DNA from: Pelomyxa schiedti
Taxonomy: Eukaryota; Protista; Evosea
Reading direction: 5' to 3'
Assembly (NCBI GenBank): GCA_020536535.1
Contig: JAHLWZ010000751.1
Span: forward strand, 113,518-177,517
DNA: 64,000 nt
Made by a program: the position numbers and the translations under genes. Below, in pieces: positions 11,739 to 24,601 of the stretch. Numbering within the stretch: position 1 is the stretch's first letter; every line of letters begins with the position of its first letter. A model generated the notes under the pieces. It ran no database searches. It was not told where the DNA came from and was given only the letters and a program-made list of their open reading frames with translations.

Positions 11739-14700
11739 ATGCACTACGTAGCAGCGTTGTTGTTTGGGGTCTTTTGTTTCGTTTGTCACGTGGATTGTTC
11801 CACATTATTGGAGGAAGCACAGGTTTTCTTTTGTTTTGTTTACGTATTTCGTGGTTTTTTGTAAGTGGGTTTTTTCTCTGACGCCTATGTGTTACTTGAA
11901 TTTAGGTTTTGTGTGATATAAGCACCTATAACCATCCATCATCGTGGTCTGGGTTTAGTGACCCTTGCACGTTCACCAAGCCTTGTCAGCAGTTCTTGTC
12001 AGGAGTAACTTGCGAGAGCAGCCATGTTGTTTCTTTGTGTGTTTGCTGAATTCTTTTTTTTTTTTTTTTTCTCTGGACTTATGTTGTCAAGACAATTAAG
12101 TGATAACCACATGACGGGGACAGTAAGCTCTTCAATTGGAAATCTTAGGGAAATCAGAGAACTGTATTCACATACCCTGCTTTTTACGTTCTTAAAATCA
12201 TGTCGCAGAATTATGCCAGTTAACCAACTGAATGGAATAATACCTACAACACTCTCCATGCTGACCAAGTTGTTAAAATTGTACTTACTCCTTAAAAGTA
12301 CGTTAAGTGATGCTTTTTCACAATTACTAAAAGGGATATTTCTGAAAATTCGTTGGGTGGAACTGTCTATCCTCTTGCGAATCTGACTAGACTTACAGAA
12401 CTGTAAATATTCCATGTCCTCATGTCTGTAACTTATGAACAGAAATCTTGCCCGGAACTCTTTTTCAGGACCATTCTTCTCGGTTCTTTCTCCTGAATTT
12501 GCTGGCCTGGAAGTCCTGTATAATCACTTTTTTTTTTGTCTCCCCTTACTCCTTCAGGTCCTTGCACGACAATAATTTCATCGGTACCATCCCCGAGAGT
12601 ATTGGGCTGATGAAGAATTTAACGACTCTGTTCTTTCCTTTTCTGTAACATTGGCTGACCATCCTTAGGTACCTTGAATACAATGGTTTTACTGGTTCTC
12701 TTCCAGGAGAAATTGGCCTCCTAACTTCGCTCAAAGAGCTGTATGTCTTTAGATTCGCTCTTCTCTTATTCCTCGACAGCAAAGCGTCATCAAATGGACT
12801 GAGTGGCGTAATTCCTACCACTTTATCTGGACTATCCAAGCTCGTTCACCTGTAAGTGCAGTCCTCTCTACAAACCGTCTCTGAATTTATCACAGTTCCC
12901 TCTCATTAAACAAATTAGTGGGTACTATCCCACTCGAACTTGGAAGTCTGTCTGCCCTCCAATATTTGTAGGTGAAAGACTATTTCCTGGTCTGTCTTTA
13001 ACCAAAGGAAATTAAGGTCTCTTTCTGTGAACCAGTTGGAAGGCAGCATCCCCTCTCCGCTTGGAAGTTTAGGGCTTACAGAATTGTAAGCAGAACTTCC
13101 TACTGAATATCTTAATTAAAATGCAGATACCTGTCTTCCAATAACCTCACTGGATCTATTCCATCCTCTCTCATGCATATGACAACCGTTTCTACCATGT
13201 ACTTTTGCCGTAATATTCTGGAAATTGACTTTGGTTTTTTCGAAAATAGGTATCTCTCACGAAATGCGCTCACTGGTGAAATTCCAGACCCAGAAGGGGA
13301 CCTTTACTCTCTCACCCTCCTGTATTCTCCCGTTGTTCTCTTCTAGTATTGATAATTCATTAGAGATATGACTTCAAATTTTCTGCGTGGGACAGTACCT
13401 CCAACTCTCAACCCATCCTACTGGTACAATATTACTTTCTCTCTTGAGAACTCTCAAAAGCCGAAGCTATTTAGGTCAGAATTGTTTACAGTGTACAACC
13501 GCGGACGTGTGTATGGCTTGTGATACAAGCACCATGTGTTCTTGTATTCAGCCTCAGATGTGTGAAGATGATAATTCCTGCACTGGTAAGCTCATTCAGA
13601 ATGAATTAAATTTCCATCTGATGACTTTTAAATCTAGACGACAATTGTTATGAAGTTCAATCCTCATCTCAAAGCTCCCAGTCTTTACTGTCCTTGTCTT
13701 CGTTGTCCTCTCTATCCTCTAGCTCATCTTATCCTTCCCTGCTCCCTGCTCCGATCACATGTACCTTTTCACCAAGTGACACCAATCTATGCACTGATGG
13801 CGATGGGACTACCACTGACTTCTGCATTGGGGGCTTGTGCACATCTGTAGATAATGATCTGTATGGAGATGCTGTGGCTCTTTGTGAAATCAAAAAGATC
13901 AATTCACCTTCTTCCTGGGTAAACGACCCGTGCACGTTTTTGAAGCCCTGCCAAGAGGTTCTTGTTGGGGTTACATGTGATGCCATTACAGAAAGAGTAA
14001 TCCAACTGTAGTACCTAGCACATCTTTTCTGAAGTACTACTAATACCACTAGGGATTTAAGTCACAGTTCACTAACGGGGTCAATCACAAACCTCATTGG
14101 AAATCTTAACGCTATGACATTTCTGTTGTTTTCTTTGTTTAACCCTTCTCACTCATACACTCCTTCAGTTCTCTTGAGAGCAACCTCCTCACCGGGGGTA
14201 TTCCCCAAACCATCGGGGAGCTAAGGGAACTTGGAACCTTGTATTTGATTGCATTCACTTTCAACTCTGACCACTTCAGATATTTACAGAATAACGTTTT
14301 GGATTCTTCCATACCCTCATCTATTGGAAAATTATCTTTACTCAACGATCTGTGCGCCACTGCACTAAAACTCTCGGTACTAATGCCACCCCTAGTGACT
14401 TATCTGGGAATATGCTCAATGGATCGGTACCCGAAGAAATCAACCAACTGACAAATATCCAGATGCTGTATGTATTTTATCAATCGAACTCATTCTTATT
14501 AGCCATTCGTTTAACTTCTCTGAAATAGGGATATTTCCAATAACCAATTAGAGGGACTTATTACTTCCTTGGAGTATCTTACTCAAATCCAAGTGATGTA
14601 TCTCTCCACAAAATAGTCTTTTTCGTAAAATAAACCAGAGCTGCATCTCACAATAAATTCACTGGAGTGATTCCACTATTTCTATCATGTCCATTTTTAC

Positions 14701-17700
14701 AACAAGTGTATGTTCCTTCTTGTCCAGGTGCCTTGGCACTAAGATTTGCATAGGGACTTCAGTGACAACTTTTTTTGGGGTCAAGTGCCTTCAAAACTAA
14801 GTACCCTCTCTTCGTGGTAATGTGAAATTAATCTACTCTTTTTTTTTCCTTACACAATGACAGTAATACTGCAAACAACTGTCTACAATGCCCAGACGTT
14901 GACCCCTGCCAAGCTTGTGAAGTCTCGTTGTCTTGCTCTTGCACCCACCCTAACATTTGTGACGACTTCAACTCCTGCACAGGTACCCACCTTATTTTGT
15001 GCTTCTCCTCACTGGTGTGGGTAGATGATTTTTGTAGTCAGATACCAGCCGATTCTACTTCATATTCTGGAAGTGGTTCCATGAGTGCCGAAGCAATTCC
15101 CATTCAATGTGACTTTGTGGCAGACGATGAGAATTCATGCAGTGACGCAAACTTGGACACAGTGGACTTCTGTGTCAGTGGTTCATGTACATCTGTTCCT
15201 CTGTCTATTTACGATGATGTGTTGGCCCTATGTGATATCAAGAGAGACAACGACCCTTCTAGCTGGAATGTTGACCCATGTGATTTCTTGTATCCATGCG
15301 AAATTCCTCTTAATGGAGTTGTCTGTGATCCAATTTCAGATGAAGTGATTTCTCTGTGTGCCTTTACTATTGTAATACATCAAGCTTATTGTGTTTAGTG
15401 ACCTGAGTGCTAACGATATGGCTGGATCAATACCAAAATCTGTTGGAGAGCTCAGCTCCCTCCAATCCCTGTTGGTGTAAACTTTTTCCTTCTGAGTCTC
15501 AATTTTTTTCTTTCAAAGATCTTGCCCATTCAATTTCCTATCAGGTGCAATTCCGACAACTATTGGCCAGCTATTGCACTTAGAAGAGCTGTACTTCCAC
15601 TCTGTCACATCTTTCACCTTATTCCTTTTGCTTTCCACAGTAATCTCTACTTCAATGAGTTGAGTGGTTCTATACCAACCGAAATTGGGCACCTCACCTC
15701 ATTAGAGAAATTGTTCACAACTCAAAATGAGTTTTTTTACTCACGCACTTTAAGATATTTATTTAACAATCGATTGTCTGGAGCCATTCCTGACACAATT
15801 ACTAGCTTGCAATCCATGAAAGAACTGTGTGGGTTCCTCTTCTCTCATTCAATTAAACTTTACCAGATATTTATCAAACAATATGCTTACAATGGTGCCC
15901 TCAACAATTGGCCTGAGTCACTCGTTGGAGCGAATGTAATGAAATAGTATGTGATGGTGCTAGATTTTCTCACAATTTTAGTGTACTGTCTCACAACCGT
16001 TTATCTGGCACACTGCCTGAGACAATAGGAAATTTGACATTGTTGGAAATGCTGTAAGCGGCAACACAATCAAATGACAAACTAATCAATACCAGATCTT
16101 TAGTTGATAATAGTTTCACCGGGACCATCCCATCTTCATTTGGGAAGCTCTCAACATTACAGCATCTGTAATTTCCAGAAACTGTAACATTGAATTTTCA
16201 TGCTCATAGAGATATTGGGAGAAACAAACTCACTGGCTCAGTACCAGACATGGCTCTGTTAATTTCTCTTGAAATTCTGTGAGTGTATTTTTTTCCATAC
16301 ATAATTGACCTTTCTTAGAGATCTGTCCCTCAATTCTCTTACAGGACAACTTCCCGTTATTTGTACAGATAAACTCGAAGACCTGTGTGCCATTCTACTT
16401 TTCTCATACTGTCCAATGTAATTCCTTAGGGATCTAAGCAATAACTACTTGACTGGGACGGTCCACAGCAACCTTGAAAGCATTCCCACATGGTACTATT
16501 TTGTGATATCTTAATTAATGCTATTAACGTGGCTTTAGTGCCTTGGAAAACAATTGCCTTGAATGTATTACAAACGATTCTTGCAATGCATGTGACGCTG
16601 GACCTTTTTGCAGCTGTGATTACTCTTCATTACTTTGTGTGGATAATAACCCCTGCAGTGGTGAGTAAACAAACTTTTCAGTTGAATGTAATGAATAGCT
16701 CAGATGATATGTGCTATGATAATACTACTTTCCCTTCTTTTCCTACTGTTACTTGCTCATTTGTACCTGACGATACAAATCTTTGTGATGATGGGGATCC
16801 TTCAACCATTAATTTTTGTGCTTCGGGTCTATGCACAACTTTATCGGTTGCTCATGTGGATGCTCTGGTACTCTGTGATATACATACAACCAACCACCCT
16901 TCTGTATGGCCAAGTGACCCCCAATATGACCCTTGTATCTTTAATACTCCATGTCAAACCCCACTCATGGGTGTAATCTGCAGCACGAGTAATAATCGTG
17001 TTACTCGCCTGTAAGTTATTTAAGTTACACATTCTTCTTATAAACAACCAGAGAGTTGAGCAACAGTAATATGACTGGCCAAATCCCCATATCTATTGGG
17101 AACTTGGCTTTCCTTGAATTACTGTATTATCCTATTTTAACTTCTTTTGTAACCTGTAAGGTAGTGATTTCCGAAATAATGCACTGTCTGGACAGATTCC
17201 TTCATCTATTGGAAACATGACTTTTCTTACAAAAATGTAGCTCTTTCACTGCTTTCCGCCTTGTTTTTATGGGGTCTTAGAGATCTTGCAAACAATTCTC
17301 TGTCGGGAATCATCCCTGAATCCTTGGGCTATCTCTCTTCCCTTTCATATATGTAGTGCCATCTTTTCATTTCTCGAGACCACACCACTACCTTGTTTTT
17401 CTGCTTTGCCTCAACATTTTCTTTTCCTTTTTCCCTATAGGCATCTGGAAAAAAACCAGCTCACTGGCGAGATTCCGAAGACATTTAATTTGCTTTTCCC
17501 TATAGTATCATCTTCAGACTCCTCGAGTTCCTTGTCGAGATCATCACATTCAACGTCTCTCAGCTCATCGGAATCTCTCTCATCTCTGAACTCACCAGAA
17601 TCTCTCTCATCTCTGAGCTCGGAATCTCTCTCATCCGAGTACACATCCACTACAGCATCATTTCCCTCAAATTCCTACTCAACCCCAACAGTGTCCGTAT

Positions 17701-20126
17701 CAGAATCCAGCTCCATTTATCTTTCATCTTCTACTTCCCTGTTAGATTCCTCTGTTTCTTCTTCAGAATCAGAATTTTCTCTACCTGTACCCCAGTCCTC
17801 TTCACTTGTGTTATCCTCCAAATCACTATCTCACTCATCCTCGGGGTCTGTTTCTTTCTCCGAGTCCCTTTCATCTTCAAACTCAATCTCTGAGTCTTCC
17901 TCATCTGACTCTACATCTCAATCACTTTCGTCATCACATTCCTTATCACCTTCATTATCAACTTCAACTTCACTCTCCAGCTCTTCACACTCTTTGTCGT
18001 CGTCTTCACAATCTTCCCAGTCAATATCGCAGTCAAATTCCCTTTCTTCGTCTCAGTCATCTTCATCCCTTTCGGGTTCAGTGTCAAGGTCTATTTCCTC
18101 ATCTTCATCGTCATTTGCTTCATCATCTCAATCGTTATCACAATCCCTTTCTTCCTCAGAAGTTCTCTTTGATTTGTATCTCTCTGGTGGACCTTTTTCC
18201 ATGACTAACTTGCCCTAGAGATTTGAGTGATAACTTGCTCCGCGGTGAAATACCAACTAATTTACCATACTTTCCGATGTGGTATCGTGCATTTCACTTG
18301 GTACAAAGCTTATAAGAATAAGCAATGCAGCCAGAAATTGTCTGCAATGTGAGCCCGATGGCGATCCTTGTGGGACCTGTGAATACAACTCTTTGTGTAA
18401 ATGTTCATTTACGGTCATCTGCGACGATGGAAACCCTTGTACTGGTACCGTCACGCACTGCACCATCTTTCATAATATTTGAAATAGATGACATATGCAC
18501 AAATGAACCGTCAATATTGTGCACATCTCAACCTGACGATACTAACAATTGTTCTAATTCTGAGACGAACCCTCTTACGGAATCAGATTATTGCATCAAC
18601 TCTTCTTGCATTGCTGTTAGCCATAGTATACTTGCAGACACACTCGCACTCTGTGATATACAGAAAAACAATGCTCCTTCATCATGGAAAAGCTCTACCC
18701 CATGTGACTTTGTTTATCCATGTGAAGAAGTGTTGAATGGAGTGACGTGTGATCCAGTGAGTAACAGGGTCGTATCACTGTATTTTTGTTGTTATTCACA
18801 ATTACGCTCTAAATACAAACAGAGAGTTGGCCCATGATGGGTTAGTTGGTCAATTATCTTCCTCAATCGGGAATTTGTCTGCCTTGATTACTCTGTATAT
18901 CCACAAGAAGAAATTCGCCGCTAAATTAGATTAGGGATTTGTCCTATAACATCCTTTCGGGAACTATTCCACTGTCCCTGAGTGATCTCACTCTCTTGGA
19001 ACATCTGTAGTCACTCATATGTTGGCGTACTAAACAACTAAATACATTTAGGTCTCTGCGAAATACCTCTCTTTCTGGAAACATAGATTTTCTTTTGACC
19101 CTTTCAAATTTGAAATATTTGTATCTCTCTTGTCCCTCATTGTAGTACTTATCTTATCAACAGCGATGTGTCATCAAATCTTTTCGAAGCAACAATCACG
19201 GATTACAACTTTTTCCTGCAGTTGGATACATGGTACAACGGAAAAAATACTGGAAGAAAACTTATGGTATAAAAGTGATGTTAGTGATACATGCATTACT
19301 TGCTTCGGCTCTCCTTCTATCTGCAATTGCCCTCTGGTTTTCCCGTCAAGTTTATGCAGCTGTGTGACGGAAAGCAGTTCATGCTACATAAGCGGAGTGT
19401 GCTACACTGATGGCAGTGCCAACTCTGCAGATTGCCATCTGGTTTGTGATTCAGGAGTATCCCAATTTGATTGGACTTGGACTCCAGAATGCCCCAGTTC
19501 ATCAGGTAACACACTCCCGCTGATAGCATTCTAATTTTTATGACTCAGAGTCCTCTTCATCACAGTCGAATTCGGTGCAGTCCTCATCCTCACAGTCGAA
19601 CTCGGTGCAGTCCTCACAAAGTACAGAGAGTTTTCCATCTCTGCCCGCTTCAGAAGTCTCATTGCAGTCATCCTCCGAGACTCCTATTGCTGCATCCAGT
19701 GAGAGTGGCAAAGAGGTGTCTATATGGATTGTTATTGGAGTTGCTATAGGCGCACTTGTTCTCTGCATACTCACTTTTGTTGCCGGCCTGGTCATTGCCT
19801 GTTGTGTCAGTAAGAGGAGAAAATCCAGCACACCGGCCGCCGCAGCTTCCTCAACACTCAAGCACAGCAACAGCAAAACATTCTCCTCCGTGTTCCAGGA
19901 CGCTGCGTTTGATACTCATGAGCCGAAGTTCCCAGGGCAGGACGGAAATGACCCCCGGTTCATTTCCATGAACAATCTTAGTATCAGACAAAGAGTGAGG
20001 ACTGACGAACCAATACCAACAGCAATACCTACGGTGGAGCTTCCAACTCAAGAGTTCAAAGGCACCATTGATCCCAATGTTGACAAACCCTCGCCACTAT
20101 ACCCCACTCTCAACACGAATTCATAA
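11739..20126 (+). CDS. LRR receptor-like protein without kinase: five [cap + plant-type LRR array + Cys-rich repeat] modules, Ser-rich stalks, TM, ~100-aa cytosolic tail
   Basis: Signal MHYVAALLFGVFCFVCHVDC; many ~72-nt exons (e.g. 12092-12163) each encoding LxxNxLxGxIP-type LRR; cap motif LCDI..N.PSSW..DPC..PC...L.GVTC recurs near 11910, 13875, 15220, 16865, 18645; TM IWIVIGVAIGALVLCILTFVAGLVIACC; single-gene model is inferred. Confidence 0.75.
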
Positions 20127-20293
20127 CTATTTTAGACTGTAAAATACATAGAATTTGGTAAAATTTTTTCTTTTTTTTGTTAGCAGTGTGCCTGCCTTGT
20201 CGACGTGCACTATGATTACAAGTGGGTAAATTTACAAACGCAAGAATTCAGCTGAAGCGGACGACTGAGAAGGCAGCCGTGAGCATTGTGCTG

Positions 20294-20716
20294 TCAAGGT
20301 GTGTTTTTGGATCTTTCTTGGGAAGGGTTACTTCGATGACAACAAGAAGATTTCGGTGGACTTACAGTAGAAATCAAAGATCCTTGGAATGGGGTGATAT
20401 CCCGCAGTGGCGGCCTGTTTGCGCCTCTCTTGTGCGATGAAGCAGGCGCCGGCGCGGCCTTTTGCGAGTCTGTGGTGTGGTTGTGATCCCCGGGCTTGTT
20501 GTTTGCTGGGTGCACTTTGTGTGGTGTTACAGAAGCAGGCCCAGAGAGCGTGGGGGGTGTGTTTTCCGTTGAGCGTGTCCCTGGTGATTGCACCTCGGGG
20601 GCTGGCAGCAAGCGTCCATCAGATGTTTGGTGCACGACATAGTTACATAAGGGCGACCCTCTCTGGCCACTCCCAAACATTTGCGGGTAAGCAGCAACAA
20701 CCAAAGGTACGTTCAT
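20294..20716 (-). CDS. Hypothetical intronless Pro/Ser-rich protein (~140 aa)
   Basis: Open frame from ATG 20716 with protein-like composition, between the LRR gene and the actin 3' flank; no recognised domain. Confidence 0.3.
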   Translation of the reverse strand: MNVPLVVAAYPQMFGSGQRGSPLCNYVVHQTSDGRLLPAPEVQSPGTRSTENTPPTLSGPASVTPHKVHPANNKPGDHNHTTDSQKAAPAPASSHKRGANRPPLRDITPFQGSLISTVSPPKSSCCHRSNPSQERSKNTP

Positions 20717-20906
20717 CACCAACGACTTCAGGGTTTTTTGTCACTTAGAAAAAGCTCGATTCGGTGCGCTTTTTTGTGTTTATATTTTTTTGAGAACGAC
20801 GATGTTTAGCCGAAGAAGAAAAAAACCAAAAGTTTTGGACAAAGAATTTTTTTCTGTTACAAGCCAAAAACCAACCAGCCACGGGGCTTGTCAAGCACAA
20901 CTTTGG

Positions 20907-21032
20907 GGAGTGTGTCTTGGCAGGAAGAGTGTCCTTTTCCCTCGGTCTCATCAATCCCGCGTCGGCCAAACCAGTGGCACAACACAGGACGAGAGAGGGA
21001 GGGATAGACTCTTACCACGTTCACAAGACTCC
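20907..21032 (-). ncRNA. Conserved ~130-nt stem-loop downstream of actin copy 1 (probable structured 3'UTR element)
   Basis: Arms ggag..tcttg/caaga..ctcc and aagagt/actctt; apical gttg-gcca/tggc-cgac; homologous to 32757-32890. Confidence 0.6.
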
Positions 21033-21108
21033 TCGCCCGCAGCCGTATGTCGCCTGACTACAAGCCCCGCTTGTGTGGTTGGTTCTCGTCTGCCGGTGTT
21101 TTTTGTGT

Positions 21109-21392
<284 letters not shown>

Positions 21393-21492
21393 NNNNNNNN
21401 NNNNNNNNNNNNNNNNNNNNNNNNNNNNNNNNNNNNNNNNNNNNNNNNNNNNNNNNNNNNNNNNNNNNNNNNNNNNNNNNNNNNNNNNNNNN
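21393..21492. other. Assembly gap (100 N); true size must be larger
   Basis: More than 800 nt of actin coding sequence and its promoter are missing. Confidence 0.95.
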
Positions 21493-22005
21493 AGCAGAAT
21501 CAACCGTTAATTAAAAACCAAAGATCCAAGCCTCACAAACCAGTCACTACCAGCCTGAGCGTCACCGGCATTTTTCGTTTTTACGGCCGTCCTTTGGCTT
21601 CTGGAAGCGATAACAGATCGGTGTCGTGATTGGTACCACGAATTCGATGAGAGTCTGAGTGCCACCCACAAAGCAATGCAAGGAGGAGAGTCTCAACGTC
21701 TTGATCTACAAAATGTCTTTTCCCCAACAAGTTGGTCCTGCGGCGTTCGCTTCCTGGGTCGTTCACCGTGTCCACGTTTGCGATACTGTGGAAACATTTT
21801 CTTCTCTATAATTGCGGGCTCATCTGACTCAGTTGGCCACCGGGTCAAAAAGCATAAATTTTGAGCAAGAGAAGGCGGGTGTGCGTGCATGTTCGAACAA
21901 GGGAAAAAAAAGCGCGGTCCGTGATTTATAAGGAGGAGAAAGGGTGCAGCGTCATGTGAGACTCACTACAAACAAAAACTCAACACGGTTTACTACTGCT
22001 GGGTG

Positions 22006-24510
22006 ATGCGTTTTTCCCTCTGGATCTCGGCCTTGGTGGTTGTGGCGTGCTACGGGAGTGCAGAGATCTGCAACACGTCTTTCACTTTCCTGTGTTTGAA
22101 TGAAAAACGGTGCATAGATTTGTCACCTTTTTGACGCCTTCTGACGTTCCTATGTTAACACCAGATTCCTACGTTGTTCTGCCGTTACGAACGTGAGCAC
22201 AGAGAACAGCACCCTTTGGACCACTGAAGAGGCAACATGTTCGTCTGGTCAAGTGTGTTCTTGTGGCCGCAGTTCATCTTGGCCTTGTCTATGGTACTGA
22301 ATTGTTGTTACATCTACTCAATCCCTGTAACGAGTCATCTGAAGGGACCACGATGTTACTCCAATTGACTGTGAGGGCTATGCTGGTACAGAAGAAAGTA
22401 GATGGAACACTGACAACGCAAAGTCTATTGACGGTATTACATTCTTTATACGTAACCTTTCTTGACTTCCCTTTTTCTGTATTAGATACTTATAGCCTTA
22501 TGCCTAGCAAGCACCTTTCTATGGCTATTTGCTTCGATAAGAAGAAATGGCTCTCCCAGCTTGGTGCTCTGCTACTTTCTGCAACTTATGACAAGATTGA
22601 CGCTCATGTGGCCGTTGGAAGCAATTTCATGTGCTCATTGCACCCAAATGTACACTACGACTATAATCCCACACAGCTGTGGTTAGGTGATCACCATTTA
22701 CTATTACTCAACAACACCAATTATTTACTTTCTCCAGGTTTTCCAGAAGATGTTGTTCCAACGGACTTGTCCAGGGGGAAACGTTTGCGATTTTTACGGC
22801 TACCTGATTCAATGACCGGTCTAACACTTGGTTTCTTGATGGACATGTACGGAATGTATGAGTCGCTATTCATTCTATCTGTTGAGATGACCCAAACAAA
22901 AAAAAAAAACAAAGAAACCCTGGGACACTTCTTGCTCTGTTAACTGATGAATCTCTTGCTACAGTGACAAGTGTTCCATCAAATTTCTTCGTAGCACCAC
23001 TTTTTGGTGAGATGTGGAAGTGCTCCGAGACTGTTGCACAATCCAAGTTTCTCTCCCCTCTTTCCCTCTTTTTTTAATAGAACTTCCGTAGTAGCACAAC
23101 ATGTGACAATTACAGCCCACTGACAAGCGATGGGGGAGCTCTGCAGACCTCCAAAACTGTTCTGAGTGACCTCGTTTCAATTATTCCACAACGTCTCAAA
23201 GTTCCATCAGCAGAAGGTTGCACACGATTTCTTACCATGATCAACTGACACTTGAAGCAGGCAGACCAAACAACACAAAACAACCTGATTACCAGAGCCA
23301 TCAATACTTCGAGTCGAACCCAAACTTTGATGCATACTTTGCAGAACTTTCTTTTGCGCCCTTGTACAAATCCTTGATTGTAACTGCCTTGGAGATGCAT
23401 GCTCATCATTCCCCCTTGTTCTTATTTGACTGCCGTAAGCTTTTTCTTTCTTCTTTCCCTGCTTACCGATACCACAGTGGGAATGAGGCCTATCTGGAAT
23501 GTACTTTCACGAACATCTATGGATTCACTCGAGTTCTCGTTTGCCATACATGCCCACAAGGTCGGCTTGTTTGACACCTCTTTACGCTATGAGAATGTGA
23601 TGCAATGTCTTACATCTTCCAACCTCACAAGCAAGTCGTTTGAGCAGTGTGACTTCCTCTTCTTATGAGTGACGTGCTGATTTTTCCATCAGATGTGTAT
23701 TCTCCTCCACGTACACACAGATCGATCGTGTTCGAGCCCTATGCAAGATATTTGACTCTTCAACCTTGATTTATGATTACCCCATCTACTGGACAGATGT
23801 TGAGTATGCTTTTTGGTCAAGTTATCACATGCTCACTCTCTCAGGTTGTTTATTACTCGGCTTCGCAGTACATATCCTTTCAGCACCGTTGAAATGCATG
23901 GCACTATTCTTTGGGATACACTTTCTCGAGACTCCCTGACGGCGTTTCAAGTTCTTGCAGAGCACAGGCAAATCTTTATTTTGGAGATACTGGAATAGCT
24001 AAATACTCACAGGGCCTCGACTGGAACATTCTCTGAGTATGGGTCTGGCCCCTCCCAAGGGGCGATTTCATTGAAATACGATTGGAGAGCTTTGTGTGCC
24101 GTAATAAGGATGTACCTTCCGGCCAGTGAGATTCTTGTGGGTAGGACTCTTCAGGTATTCTGTGCCCCTCCTCTCTATCTTGAATAACTTGTGACAGGCT
24201 CTAGCCCAGAGAGGCCGGGTCTCTGAGGACATTAACTACATAAATCCTGACTGGTGGCCGACTTCATTTGGATCTTTTGCCGGCTATAATGAAAATGTAT
24301 GCCCCCCAGCCGAGATCACAAACAGTTCGTCTTCAGAGGGACAAAATGGTACAGTGTCAAACAGCAGCTCCGCAGCAGACGAGTATGCCAGCAATTGCAT
24401 TTTCTATTTTGTTCAACACAAGCAGGTCACAGTATGGTACAGCAATCAGCCTGCCAGTGGCCCAGTCACTCACTCTCATCCTTTGCATTTGTGCACTCCT
24501 GTTTGTCTAA
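22006..24510 (+). CDS. Secreted/probably GPI-anchored protein of unknown function (multi-exon, model unresolved)
   Basis: Signal-like MRFSLWISALVVVACYGSAEIC; scattered coding exons with GT-AG boundaries; C-terminal hydrophobic SQYGTAISLPVAQSLTLILCICALLFV*. Confidence 0.45.
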
Positions 24511-24601
24511 AAAAGCAACAAACAAAATTAATTAAATTTCCTTGCTTCATCCATCCCTTTCTTTTTTCTTATGTTCTGGCCTGCAAAATGACCGATGATT
24601 A

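Noticed and set aside
23520-23570. FAIHAHKVG resembling the copper monooxygenase HxH motif
   Set aside because: Lies in a frame alternative to the more continuous exon reading; other Cu ligands not established
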